Source: Methanotrichaceae archaeon (GTDB lineage Archaea; Halobacteriota; Methanosarcinia; Methanotrichales; Methanotrichaceae). From it: a stretch of DNA of 64,000 nt. The position numbers were made by a program, and so were the translations under genes. Positions 10,690 through 19,784 of the stretch are shown here, in pieces (the first letter of the stretch is position 1; every line of letters begins with the position of its first letter). The stretch covers positions 128,001 through 192,000 of the forward strand of contig CAWDLW010000020.1 of NCBI GenBank assembly GCA_963803145.1, given 5' to 3'. The notes beneath the pieces were generated by a model. It was given only the letters and a program-made list of their open reading frames with translations. It made no database searches and was not told the DNA's origin.

Positions 10690-11790
10690 ATGACGCAGCT
10701 AATTTCGACTGCCGCTCTTAACGTAGACTTTGACCCTGATAGCCATAGGCTCAATGCCCATGGAGCTCTGGCTCTAATGGTCCAGCCAGTCCTAAACAAG
10801 ATCAACCAGAGGCTATCTGAGGAAAAGCCTGCCATGGTCAGATTGAAGGATATAGTTGCCACTACCTGGCTTCCGCCTATACCTAGCGGCCCTTTCAAGA
10901 GGTTGGTACTCAATGAGGCTCGATTTGCTATCGGGAGGCCTGTCCCTCAAACAGTCTCCATTGAGGCGACACGCCTTTGCGGCTGCGCATGCGATCACTG
11001 TCTGATCAAAGATGGCGTGGGAGAGCTAAGCAAAGAGCAGATTCTTGGCGTTATAGATGAGGCACTAGATCTGGGAGCCTGTATCATAACCTTTACAGAA
11101 GGCGACCCGCTGCTGCGTGAGGATATCTTTGAGATCATCAAGCATGTCGATCCTGAGAAGGCTGTTGTTAACCTCTTTACTCCTGGTCTCGAAATGACTA
11201 TCGAGAAGGCAGTGAAACTCAAGGAGGCCGGCCTTTACAACCTAATAATAGGAGTATATAGTCCGGATGCTGCGGAGCATGATAAGATAAGGGGTCTGGA
11301 TGGAGCTTATGCAAAGGCAATCGATGCAATAAAGATGGCTCTTGATGCAGACCTGATGGTGACGATGTCGACCCACGTGAAAGCTGGCGATGTGGAAAAG
11401 ATACCCTTGCTTTACAAGCTTGCATCCGACCTGGGTGTTCATGAACTATCGGTCTGGGAGGGCATACCAAAATCTCCTGAGGAGCAGCTCACCCAGATAG
11501 AGCGCGAGAAGATAATTGACATCTACAGGAGGATTAATTCCACACCTGGCGGGCCTCGTATCTTCGCTAGTACCTACTTTGAGGGCCAGATGCTGGGCTG
11601 CATGGCCGGGCGGAGATGGATGCATGTAGGTGTAGACGGCAATGTCAGAGCATGCCCTTACCTGAATGAAAGCTATGGAAATATTCTAGATAGCCCTCTC
11701 AAGGATATTTGGAAAGCCTTGAGGGACTGCGGAGAGTTCAATAATTTCACCTGCAGCTGTCCAGCTCAAAATCTATTTGGCCAGGTTTGA
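10690..11790 (+). CDS. Radical SAM protein with SPASM/twitch-type C-terminal domain
   Basis: CxxxCxxC (CGCACDHC), EGDPLLR, C-terminal CMAGRR...DGNVRACPY...CSC. Start placed at ATG 10690 to avoid overlapping argG. Confidence 0.9.
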   Translation: MTQLISTAALNVDFDPDSHRLNAHGALALMVQPVLNKINQRLSEEKPAMVRLKDIVATTWLPPIPSGPFKRLVLNEARFAIGRPVPQTVSIEATRLCGCACDHCLIKDGVGELSKEQILGVIDEALDLGACIITFTEGDPLLREDIFEIIKHVDPEKAVVNLFTPGLEMTIEKAVKLKEAGLYNLIIGVYSPDAAEHDKIRGLDGAYAKAIDAIKMALDADLMVTMSTHVKAGDVEKIPLLYKLASDLGVHELSVWEGIPKSPEEQLTQIEREKIIDIYRRINSTPGGPRIFASTYFEGQMLGCMAGRRWMHVGVDGNVRACPYLNESYGNILDSPLKDIWKALRDCGEFNNFTCSCPAQNLFGQV

Positions 11791-11976
11791 TTATCCCTCA
11801 TCTTTATTTTGCATTGTAATCTATAAGGCAGTGCTTATTTTGGAAATACTCAATCAATAAGTTCTAAAAGAGTACAAAATGTCTTTTTGTTCGGGGTCTA
11901 TCCTACATAAATCCCTCAATAAAAGTTACGGAAAATTATTAGTACAGATAGGGCTTTATGCGTTCTGAGGTAGGAT

Positions 11977-12615
11977 ATGGGATTGATCAGCAGCCTAAGA
12001 GAAAGCTTTGGAGGCTGGATAAATAAAATATTTAAAAAGAAGAGGGCAAAGATAGGAATATATGGCCCGCCAAATGCTGGCAAAACCACCCTTGCCAATA
12101 GGATAGTCAAGGACTGGAGCGACGGCGAGATCATGGGTATAGTCTCGCCGATACCACATGAGACGCGCAGGGCTATTAGACGCGAAGGTGTATTGATAAA
12201 ATCTAATGGCTCAAGCATAGAGCTCGATATAGTCGATACCCCAGGAATGGCTACTAAGATCGACTTTAAGGAGTTCATGGCCCATGGCCTAGCTGAACCT
12301 GAAGCAAAAAAGAGGGCCAAAGAGGCAACAGAGGGCGTAATCGAAGCCATCAAATGGTTGGATGACCTAGACGGTGTGCTTCTAGTAATGGATTCCACTG
12401 AGGACCCCTACACACAGGTCAATGTCACAGTTATAGGAAATATGGAGGCAAGAGGGCTACCGCTTCTCATCGTTGCAAATAAGAATGACCTACCGGATGC
12501 ATCGCCTTCCAGGATAAAATCGGCCTTCCCGCAGCATCCCGTAGTGCAGATCTCGGCTCTTGACGGATCGAATATCGATGGACTTTATCAGGCGATAGCA
12601 GCTCATTTCGGGTGA
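11977..12615 (+). CDS. oapA: Era-like small GTPase (OapA)
   Basis: G1 [10 protein letters not shown]3 DTPG, G4 NKND; followed by DUF2073 and Zn-ribbon genes as in the archaeal oap operon. Confidence 0.85.
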   Translation: MGLISSLRESFGGWINKIFKKKRAKIGIYGPPNAGKTTLANRIVKDWSDGEIMGIVSPIPHETRRAIRREGVLIKSNGSSIELDIVDTPGMATKIDFKEFMAHGLAEPEAKKRAKEATEGVIEAIKWLDDLDGVLLVMDSTEDPYTQVNVTVIGNMEARGLPLLIVANKNDLPDASPSRIKSAFPQHPVVQISALDGSNIDGLYQAIAAHFG

Positions 12616-12619
12616 TTTT

Positions 12620-12979
12620 ATGAGAGAATTACAGATGGATCTGATCTCCGGAGAAAAGCTGGAGAGGATGACCTCCATGGAGAAGATTAGGCTTATCCTT
12701 GATAAGGTCAAAACCGGCAGGATAGTTGTTCTGGAGAGCGGGCTCACCCCTGATGAGGAGGTGCGCTTGATTGAGATGACAATGAGCGAGATCCGCTTAG
12801 ATGAGTTCTCGGGAATAGAGATTGAAAGCTATCCTGTCAAGAGGGAGAACTCCTTCTTCAACAAGCTTCTTGGGAAAAACGTGAAGGGCAGGATGACAGT
12901 GATAGGGCCTGCAAACCAGCTAAGGACTATTGAAAAGAATCAGTATCAGATCAGCACTAAGTTATCTGTAGGAGATTAG
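12620..12979 (+). CDS. oapB: DUF2073 protein (OapB)
   Basis: SMEKIRLILD.V..G.IVVLE.GLTPDEE..LIE.TM.EI..D.FSGIEIESYP...TVIGPAN. Confidence 0.85.
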   Translation: MRELQMDLISGEKLERMTSMEKIRLILDKVKTGRIVVLESGLTPDEEVRLIEMTMSEIRLDEFSGIEIESYPVKRENSFFNKLLGKNVKGRMTVIGPANQLRTIEKNQYQISTKLSVGD

Positions 12980-13579
12980 ATGCCCCACATATGTACCCGT
13001 TGCAATAATATCTTCGATTCCGGCGAGGACATATTGAGGGGATGTCCTGTCTGCGGCTGGAAGAAGTTCATGTTCGTTAAAAAAGTCCAGCATGAGGGGA
13101 AGCAGCATGCAGAGCAGGTTATAAACAAGTCTATGGGTGTCAGAAGGCCTCCCAAAAGGTCGATTAAAGAGCGATCGGTGGAGGGAGCAGAGGAGAGATC
13201 GGTGGAAGAATCTGTGGAGAACTCAGTGAAAGAGATCAAAGTGGGCACAGGAGAGTTAGCACAATCTGCTCATGAAAGACCACAGTCTTCTCATGAAAGA
13301 TTACAATCTGCTCACGAAAAACCACCAGTAAAACCTGTAGTAAAACCTGTGCGTGCCAAAATTGATGATAAGATTGCCGATACGACTACCCAAGACAAAA
13401 ATACCACACCATCCCCGCAGATAAATGATAAGCTAGAAAGCATAAAAATTACTGCGCCAGGAACATATGAGCTGAATCTGCCATCGCTCTTTGAAAGGGA
13501 CGAGCTGATCATGGCAGTGAAGGAAGGAACTTACTTTATAGATCTATCCTCAGCCTTCAGAAAGGGCAAGAAGGAATGA
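12980..13579 (+). CDS. oapC: Zn-ribbon protein DUF2072 (OapC)
   Basis: MPHICTRC...ILRGCPVCGWKKF at the N-terminus and ESIKI..PGTYELNL..L...EGTYFIDL at the C-terminus. Confidence 0.85.
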   Translation: MPHICTRCNNIFDSGEDILRGCPVCGWKKFMFVKKVQHEGKQHAEQVINKSMGVRRPPKRSIKERSVEGAEERSVEESVENSVKEIKVGTGELAQSAHERPQSSHERLQSAHEKPPVKPVVKPVRAKIDDKIADTTTQDKNTTPSPQINDKLESIKITAPGTYELNLPSLFERDELIMAVKEGTYFIDLSSAFRKGKKE

Positions 13580-13588
13580 CCTTCCTTC

Positions 13589-13747
13589 TTAGTCCTGCTG
13601 AAGTTTGATCTTTATTTCTCTCCAGTCTTGGCCAACGCCTCTAAGGGATTCGGCCATAGCAACGGCAACGTTGCCTATAATCTCCTGGGTAAAATCATTT
13701 AGGGGGATGACCTTGCCATCCACCATCAGCTCAGCCTTCATCGCCAT
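13589..13747 (-). CDS. Small 52-aa protein resembling the C-terminal extension of archaeal MobB proteins (absent from ORF track)
   Basis: Hand translation: MAMKAELMVDGKVIPLNDFTQEIIGNVAVAMAESLRGVGQDWREIKIKLQQD. GGGAG RBS upstream; VDGK.IPLN.F.QE...M..SL.GV pattern. Confidence 0.7.
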   Translation of the reverse strand: MAMKAELMVDGKVIPLNDFTQEIIGNVAVAMAESLRGVGQDWREIKIKLQQD

Positions 13748-13778
13748 TCTCCCGCTTATTCAAGCGATTTAAGTGCGC

Positions 13779-14186
13779 TTATGCCCCGCCAAATATAGCT
13801 ATTGGAGGAGTATAGACTGTGCTATTTGCCGATATCGCCAGGGGCAGGGTGAAGACAGTGTTCGCCTGGGAGGTGATATTCTGATTCTTTATGGAAAACA
13901 TGGGGGTAATCGTCACTGGAGACGGTCCTGTTATAATTACTGGCGAAGCGGTTGATTCGACTGTAGGCTTTCCAAGGGTACTGAGATCGGAGACCGATGG
14001 AGTCGTATTTTCTCCAAGGTGGGTAGCAGGAACGCTAGCCATGCTTTGAGAGATCACTGGAATAGTTATAGTACCCAGATTATTCTTTCCTAGAGTGCTG
14101 AGATCCAGCACGTTATCTGCGCCAGCTGCAATCAGCACGCCTGCTAGAAGCATCGTGACAACGATGATCGTGAGAGTTACTTTCAT
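13779..14186 (-). CDS. Secreted Thr/Ser/Pro-rich hypothetical protein
   Basis: Signal peptide, GGAGG RBS and an internal DLSTLGK duplication. Confidence 0.7.
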   Translation of the reverse strand: MKVTLTIIVVTMLLAGVLIAAGADNVLDLSTLGKNNLGTITIPVISQSMASVPATHLGENTTPSVSDLSTLGKPTVESTASPVIITGPSPVTITPMFSIKNQNITSQANTVFTLPLAISANSTVYTPPIAIFGGA

Positions 14187-14597
14187 TATTAACCTCCGTT
14201 CTCCCGGTACATATGCGTACCTTGTTTTTACCCTGGTACCTGTGGTTTAACCATTTATTCCTTTTGCTGATCTATTGAGCATTTGCTGATACTATTGCAG
14301 ATTTAGATAATTCCATAAAATCGCTCGGATAGGATACTTTTCACATCGATAGATGGATAAATCGGAAGCTAACTGCCAATTCTGAAAGCCGTCAAATATA
14401 GTAGCCTGCATTCAGCTTGCTATTCCTCCATGCCTATGGTCTCTGGTCTCCGGGATTCATGCCCCCTTTAGAGATAAAGATCCTCAAGGCAAAGCGTGTG
14501 ACTGAGACGAGGGCTGTATGATTGGCTGTATAATCGATAACTGGAGGGCTATAATTATCAAGCACAAGCTAAAAAAGGAGGGCTATGAAAAGCCCAT

Positions 14598-15215
14598 TTA
14601 GTAATTTGGGGGTACAGATGTTTGCGGTGTCTGTGATGGGACTGTCCCCTGTGTTGATGGCGGCATCTGGCCTGCTGCTGCGACTACTTGGATACTGCTC
14701 AATATACCTTGTGTCACACTCTCAGGATAGGTTGATGTTATATCCACGAGCATCGTGCCAACAGAAACAGGGCCGCATTCACAATTGCTGCTGTCCAGCC
14801 AGTATTGTGCCTGGTAGAATTGTAGCCCAGAGGGTACACCCATGCCGAATGGCAATCCAGAGATAAGGAAGCCATTCTTGCCATCTATAACCTGCTCTTC
14901 AGCTGCAGTAGTGTTAATTCCTCTTAATGCCATACGAAGGGCCGTAATTTCCTCGCTCACCTGCAGAGTGGAATCTGTGAGGTTATTGTACTGTGTTATA
15001 CTTATTGAAGCGCCGGTCATATTATCAGTTACTATCACTATCGGATATATCGTGGCAAAAGGATAAACTGCTGGATTCGGCGTTTGAATCTGGTAGTTCA
15101 TGTTTGTGTTCATATTGAAGGATACCGTATAAGGTCCTGTCTGGCGTGTCTCAGTGGCGGCTAAAGACAGGGAAGACAGCATTAGAACTAATGCTATCGC
15201 AATTATTAATCTCAT
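14598..15215 (-). CDS. Secreted hypothetical protein
   Basis: Signal peptide and a Pro/Gln/Thr tail; starts 2 bp after the upstream gene. Confidence 0.8.
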   Translation of the reverse strand: MRLIIAIALVLMLSSLSLAATETRQTGPYTVSFNMNTNMNYQIQTPNPAVYPFATIYPIVIVTDNMTGASISITQYNNLTDSTLQVSEEITALRMALRGINTTAAEEQVIDGKNGFLISGLPFGMGVPSGLQFYQAQYWLDSSNCECGPVSVGTMLVDITSTYPESVTQGILSSIQVVAAAGQMPPSTQGTVPSQTPQTSVPPNY

Positions 15216-15217
15216 TT

Positions 15218-16033
15218 TTAATAACCTCCTGTAGATGGATTACCCAATGGTTGACTACTCGTTTGCTGGGCTATTGGCTGAGTATAGCCTGGCTGCTGAT
15301 AGGCGGTCTGCTGACTTGACAGCGGATTATAGGCAGCCACATTGGCAACAACATCGATATCTATAGCGTTGCTCAGCTGGCTGCCTATTGAGAATAGCAG
15401 TATATGTTGCCCTATTGTATCTGCATAGAAACTTATTTGGCTCGATCCCGGGTAGAAATAGTAGTAGTTCTTTATCAGCTGGCCATCTGGACGTATCTCA
15501 TAAAGGTATCCGCTGCCGCCTATGGGAGTGATTGCCAAAATGGTTAAGGATGAACCCTGGGGGACTGTTGCATACTGGGTCCAGCTGGTAGTCCCTTCTA
15601 TCCATAGAGAATTGCCTCCTGTGTACGTAGAATAGGTCTGGTATTGAGAGTATGGCACCGCCTGTGTCTGACCTACAAAATAGAGGCTTGATGGTGCATT
15701 GCCGCTGATTGCATATCTCTGAGGTGCAGTGATATGAGTAATCGGAGCAGCTCCTATGGGCATCCTATAGTACTGAGAATAGTCTATTGAGAAGAATTTT
15801 TGGAATCCGTAGGATTGATTAACGTTAGGATATTGGCCAAAGGGAATGCTTGAGGGATGAGTGCCGATAGGAGAATAGTACGGTCCTGTTACATATACTG
15901 GCCCAGAGCTGAGCCAATCTTGAGGAGATCCTAGATCCCAAAGCTGACTAGAGGCGGATCCCATCAGAAGGCTCAAAAGAAGAGCCAATAGGCATAATTG
16001 CTTTGTCATAATCTTTTCACCATAATAAGACAT
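15218..16033 (-). CDS. Secreted Tyr/Gln/Ser-rich surface protein
   Basis: Signal peptide; NSLWIEG..SWTQY..VP.G...FYAD..G.HILLF beta domain. Confidence 0.8.
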   Translation of the reverse strand: MSYYGEKIMTKQLCLLALLLSLLMGSASSQLWDLGSPQDWLSSGPVYVTGPYYSPIGTHPSSIPFGQYPNVNQSYGFQKFFSIDYSQYYRMPIGAAPITHITAPQRYAISGNAPSSLYFVGQTQAVPYSQYQTYSTYTGGNSLWIEGTTSWTQYATVPQGSSLTILAITPIGGSGYLYEIRPDGQLIKNYYYFYPGSSQISFYADTIGQHILLFSIGSQLSNAIDIDVVANVAAYNPLSSQQTAYQQPGYTQPIAQQTSSQPLGNPSTGGY

Positions 16034-16143
16034 GCTTCAAAAAATTTAAAACTATCTCACATTGCGTACTTTTTAGTTTTTAGTAAAATAGCAGGGGAAT
16101 GCAGAAGCATATCTGCATCCCTTGACGGCACTTACTCAATGCC

Positions 16144-17244
16144 CTATGAAGCGCTGGATCCTGTTGGAGCCGCCGATCCTGTGGGGCATCCCCTTGTACA
16201 GCGACTGCTTGTTGGACAACTTGAGCCGGAACAACACGTCGAACCCGTTACGCATGTAGATCCTGTCGGACAGCTTGCACGAGTTGTGCAACCCGCACCG
16301 GTTACACAGCGTCCGCCCGTTACGCATCCGCTAGAGGATGGACAACAGGAGTTGGTTGAACAGCCTGTGCCTGTTGGACAAGCACTATTTGTTGCGCAAT
16401 AACTGCAGGTTGTACAGCCACTGCCGGTTGGACAAGCACTGCTAGTTAGGCAATAGTTGCAGGTTGTACATCCGGTGCCGGTTGGACAAGCACTATTTGT
16501 TGCGCAATAACTGCAGGTCGTACATCCGGTGCCGGTTGGACAAGCACTGCTAGTTAGGCAATAGTTGCAGGTTGTACATCCGGTGCCGGTTGGACAAGCA
16601 CTATTTGTTGCGCAATAATTGCAGGTCGTACAGCTACTGCCTGTTGGACAAGCACTGCTGGTTAGGCAATAGCTGCATGTTGTACATCCGCTGCCGGTTG
16701 GACAAGCACTATTTGTTGCGCAATAATTGCAGGTTGTACATCCGGTGCCTGTTGGACAAGCACTGCTAGTTAGGCAATAGTTGCAGGTTGTACATCCGCT
16801 GCCTGTCACGCAGCCAGTAGTTGTGGGACAGTAAGAGTTGGTGTTACAGTTGCAGCCGGTTGGACAGCTACCTCCGCTTGGGCAGCCAGTACCTGTAAGG
16901 CAGCTTGCACCTGTTGGGCAGCCAGTGCCTGTGGGACAGTTCGTGCCTGTCGGGCAATTGCAGCCCGTTGTACAGCCGGTTGTCGGACAGCCGGAGCCAG
17001 ATGGACATAATGAGCCACTAGCACAATCGCCGCCAGTCGGACATGTTGATCCAGATGCACAGTTACAGCCTGTAGTGCAGCCTGCGCCTGTAGGACAGGT
17101 CGAACCTGTCGGACAATTACAGCCGGTAGGACATCCTGCGCCTGTTAAGCTGTTGGCCTGTACGGCTTGTACCCCCTCATCTGCATGTACGCTGCCGATC
17201 AATAGCAAAGAGAGGACTATCAACAGCACTAAAGTAGTTTTCAT
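16144..17244 (-). CDS. Secreted Cys/Thr/Gly-rich repeat protein A
   Basis: Signal peptide MKTTLVLLIVLSLLLIGSVHA after a GGAGG RBS; CPTGxG hexapeptides and 8 tandem 18-aa units CTTC(N/S)YC(LTSSA/ATNSA)CPTGxG. Confidence 0.9.
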   Translation of the reverse strand: MKTTLVLLIVLSLLLIGSVHADEGVQAVQANSLTGAGCPTGCNCPTGSTCPTGAGCTTGCNCASGSTCPTGGDCASGSLCPSGSGCPTTGCTTGCNCPTGTNCPTGTGCPTGASCLTGTGCPSGGSCPTGCNCNTNSYCPTTTGCVTGSGCTTCNYCLTSSACPTGTGCTTCNYCATNSACPTGSGCTTCSYCLTSSACPTGSSCTTCNYCATNSACPTGTGCTTCNYCLTSSACPTGTGCTTCSYCATNSACPTGTGCTTCNYCLTSSACPTGSGCTTCSYCATNSACPTGTGCSTNSCCPSSSGCVTGGRCVTGAGCTTRASCPTGSTCVTGSTCCSGSSCPTSSRCTRGCPTGSAAPTGSSAS

Positions 17245-17660
17245 ATTCTCCTCCAACACTATTTTTAAAAGATGTCTCTTGTGGCATTTTAATAAGTATA
17301 TAGGAATAAATTGTTCTGATTGCTCATTATTATTATGCGTACCTTGTAGAAGTACGTAATCATCTTAGCTAATTTTTTTCATAGTTTTCTCGACATGCTG
17401 ATCTATTTAAATGCTTAATACGTGAATTATAGACAAAAATTTACTATAAATTCTGATGAACATACCAGTAAGCATATTAAGATGAGTTTCAGAATCTATT
17501 AACCCACTTCATATCGATACTTTATAAATACATAAAATACAACAATTAGCGGAAAATAAGATAGAATGTTCTTAGACAAGGGTTTCTTGCGCGAGCTATA
17601 TCCTTTTCCAGGCTTGAGTTTGATGGTTGTTAAAAAGATACCGATATAAAATTTATCGGC

Positions 17661-17691
17661 GAACTCGGCTAGTTATAGGCCAGCCGAGTTC
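17661..17691. terminator. Stem-loop downstream of the membrane-protein operon
   Basis: GAACTCGGCT pairs with AGCCGAGTTC (10-bp perfect stem), 11 bp past the stop at 17703. Confidence 0.5.
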
Positions 17692-17702
17692 CCGATTTTA
17701 AA

Positions 17703-19784
17703 TTAAGTAAATGTTTTGCCTGTTGTATTCCCGTTGTCTACGATTACATCACGCAGATTATCCACTTTGCAGCTGAGCTTTACCCACTCCGCAGGAGGAT
17801 CTGATATGATCACGGCGATCATATTCCGCTTGAAATATTTGTCCATCAGCTTTTCCAGATCGAACATGCCCGAGAGATAATCCTCTTGATAGCTTGCATC
17901 GCCGCTTAATATAGCAATCACTGGTTCGCCTTTGAGCTCGGGGAACTGAGTTGTATAGTGCGCTAGTGGGTAGGATAAGTTGAAGGATATCAGGAAGAGT
18001 ATAGATAATATCACCAATGCTCCAAATGGGTTTCTGCGGTTGATGACTACTACGACTAATCCGATAGCTACCAGCAGTATGAGTACAAGTGTTTTATCGA
18101 TCTTATCTACACTTGATAAGTACTCTATCATGCCGATAGACATCTGAGCATGGTCTCCGAAGCCTACAACGCCATTGTTGAATTGTGTGCTGTCTGTGAA
18201 CATGATAACATTGCCAGCTCCATACTTGGTTCCGACTATTACAAGATGCTTATCAAAGAGCGAGTTCATCTTTACTTCATCTGGAAACTCTCGGCTTAAG
18301 AAGAACGGAGCCGTCTCATTACGGAAATGGCCAAAGAAGCTGGGCCTGGTTGTAATCTCAAATAGGGAGCTTCCATTCAGCCTTTCGATGCTGTTGCTAG
18401 TCTCCCACCCAAGGTCACCAGTCATGTATCGGGTAATTATCGGTGGAAATTCTCCATCTTGCGTTATAGACCCACTAGTATCTGTGTATGTATCCTGAAC
18501 ACCCGTTGCCATGAACTTATATCCTATTCTCTCGGCAATCGGATTGAGATTAGTGCACATTCCATAGATATCTGTATGTTCGCTAACTAGGAAGAGGCTG
18601 TTGCCTCTGGCTGTAAAGTTAAGTATAGCATCAACCTCTGACTTCGTGTAAGGTCTGGTCACGCATTTTAGCACAAGTATAGCTTTTTGTCCCCGAGATA
18701 TATTTTCCAAAGCATCGAGTGTGATATCAGGAACCAGAGATGCACTAACAGAACTTACAGCAGGCGCCTTGCTAGGCTTATCTATTATTAGGGTAACATT
18801 ATATAAGCTTGCAAGTATATCAAGCCACCCAAAGTAATTGTTGGTGCCGCTCACAGGATCCTTTTCGTACGTTTTAATGTAATCAGGCCAGGTAGGCTCC
18901 CATTCGCTGTGGGCTTCATCTATTATTATTTTTGGGTCCGATCTGACTGTCATCGGAGTGTAGTACAATAGCCCCAAGAGTAAGAATATTATCAATAGCG
19001 GTGCAGTTATCTTCTTTGATGTAAAAGTGCCCGCCTGTATTTTTTTGATCTTGGCGCCGGGAATCACCAGGCTCACGAGCAGAATGGATGCCAGGGGAAT
19101 AGCCAAAGCCGGCAGATTATCAAGGACGAAATTAGCTGGCGATGGATTATACAGAAAATTCTGCAGGTTAAGGATTGTGAAGATAAAAGGAACAGCAGCC
19201 ACTGCAAATGCAGACTTCACGGTGATCTTTCGATCCTCATCCAGGATTGCCAATAGCACCAACTCTGCGACCAGCAAGGCAACAAAGAACGGCAGAAGAA
19301 GCTTCACATCATCGAGTAGTATAGGCAGTTTGGTCCTGGTATGATAAAGCAGAAGGTAACCTACATCGTTTATCTCATACCTTATTCCAAATAGAGGTGA
19401 TATATCCCTAAGAACTGCGTACAGTCCATTAAGCAGGAGTTTAGTATCCGCAAACTGGAGTACTAAAACGCCTGCAAGGGAGGGAAGGAAAGTCTCAACC
19501 TTGGCATTGATCGCTATCAGACAGAATATCAAGACGACGATCAGAGGAATATAGGTGTTATTGACTAGGCCCTTTACGAAGAAGATGGAGACTGGTATTG
19601 CCAGCGCAAATGCAACCAGGTCACCTTTTCCTGGGGTATGATCTCTGAATGCGACCAGGAGAAGAAGGATGGAGGCCGCTGCCACTATGAATGTGGAGTA
19701 CTCCCAGTAATAAAACGACATTATATAGCTTCCCAAGAGGAGAAGCCCTGTCGCAAATCCGGTTACTTTGGATTCAAAGTCCAT
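17703..19784 (-). CDS. Polytopic membrane protein with GATase-like/DUF4350 (GIFT-like) domain
   Basis: Multiple N-terminal TM helices, then IIIDEAHSEWEP...LVLKCVTRPYTKSEVDAI..F...G.SLFLVSEHTD...YGAGNVIMFTDS..FNN, two further TMs and a short C-terminal domain. Confidence 0.8.
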   Translation of the reverse strand: MDFESKVTGFATGLLLLGSYIMSFYYWEYSTFIVAAASILLLLVAFRDHTPGKGDLVAFALAIPVSIFFVKGLVNNTYIPLIVVLIFCLIAINAKVETFLPSLAGVLVLQFADTKLLLNGLYAVLRDISPLFGIRYEINDVGYLLLYHTRTKLPILLDDVKLLLPFFVALLVAELVLLAILDEDRKITVKSAFAVAAVPFIFTILNLQNFLYNPSPANFVLDNLPALAIPLASILLVSLVIPGAKIKKIQAGTFTSKKITAPLLIIFLLLGLLYYTPMTVRSDPKIIIDEAHSEWEPTWPDYIKTYEKDPVSGTNNYFGWLDILASLYNVTLIIDKPSKAPAVSSVSASLVPDITLDALENISRGQKAILVLKCVTRPYTKSEVDAILNFTARGNSLFLVSEHTDIYGMCTNLNPIAERIGYKFMATGVQDTYTDTSGSITQDGEFPPIITRYMTGDLGWETSNSIERLNGSSLFEITTRPSFFGHFRNETAPFFLSREFPDEVKMNSLFDKHLVIVGTKYGAGNVIMFTDSTQFNNGVVGFGDHAQMSIGMIEYLSSVDKIDKTLVLILLVAIGLVVVVINRRNPFGALVILSILFLISFNLSYPLAHYTTQFPELKGEPVIAILSGDASYQEDYLSGMFDLEKLMDKYFKRNMIAVIISDPPAEWVKLSCKVDNLRDVIVDNGNTTGKTFT

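Noticed and set aside
10690-11790. Radical SAM enzyme as maturase for the Cys-rich proteins
   Set aside because: It is 4 kb away, on the opposite strand and within housekeeping genes. The Cys-rich proteins are Sec-exported and too long for typical RiPP precursors.
11790-11976. Replication origin next to the oap operon
   Set aside because: The spacer is short, I see no convincing repeated ORB boxes, and there is no cdc6/orc1 in the window.
16370-16810. Regular 54-bp DNA repeats (and 72-bp repeats at ~23.3-23.7 kb) resembling a CRISPR array
   Set aside because: There are no unique spacers, the period is a multiple of 3, variation is mostly synonymous, and no cas genes are present. These are coding repeats.
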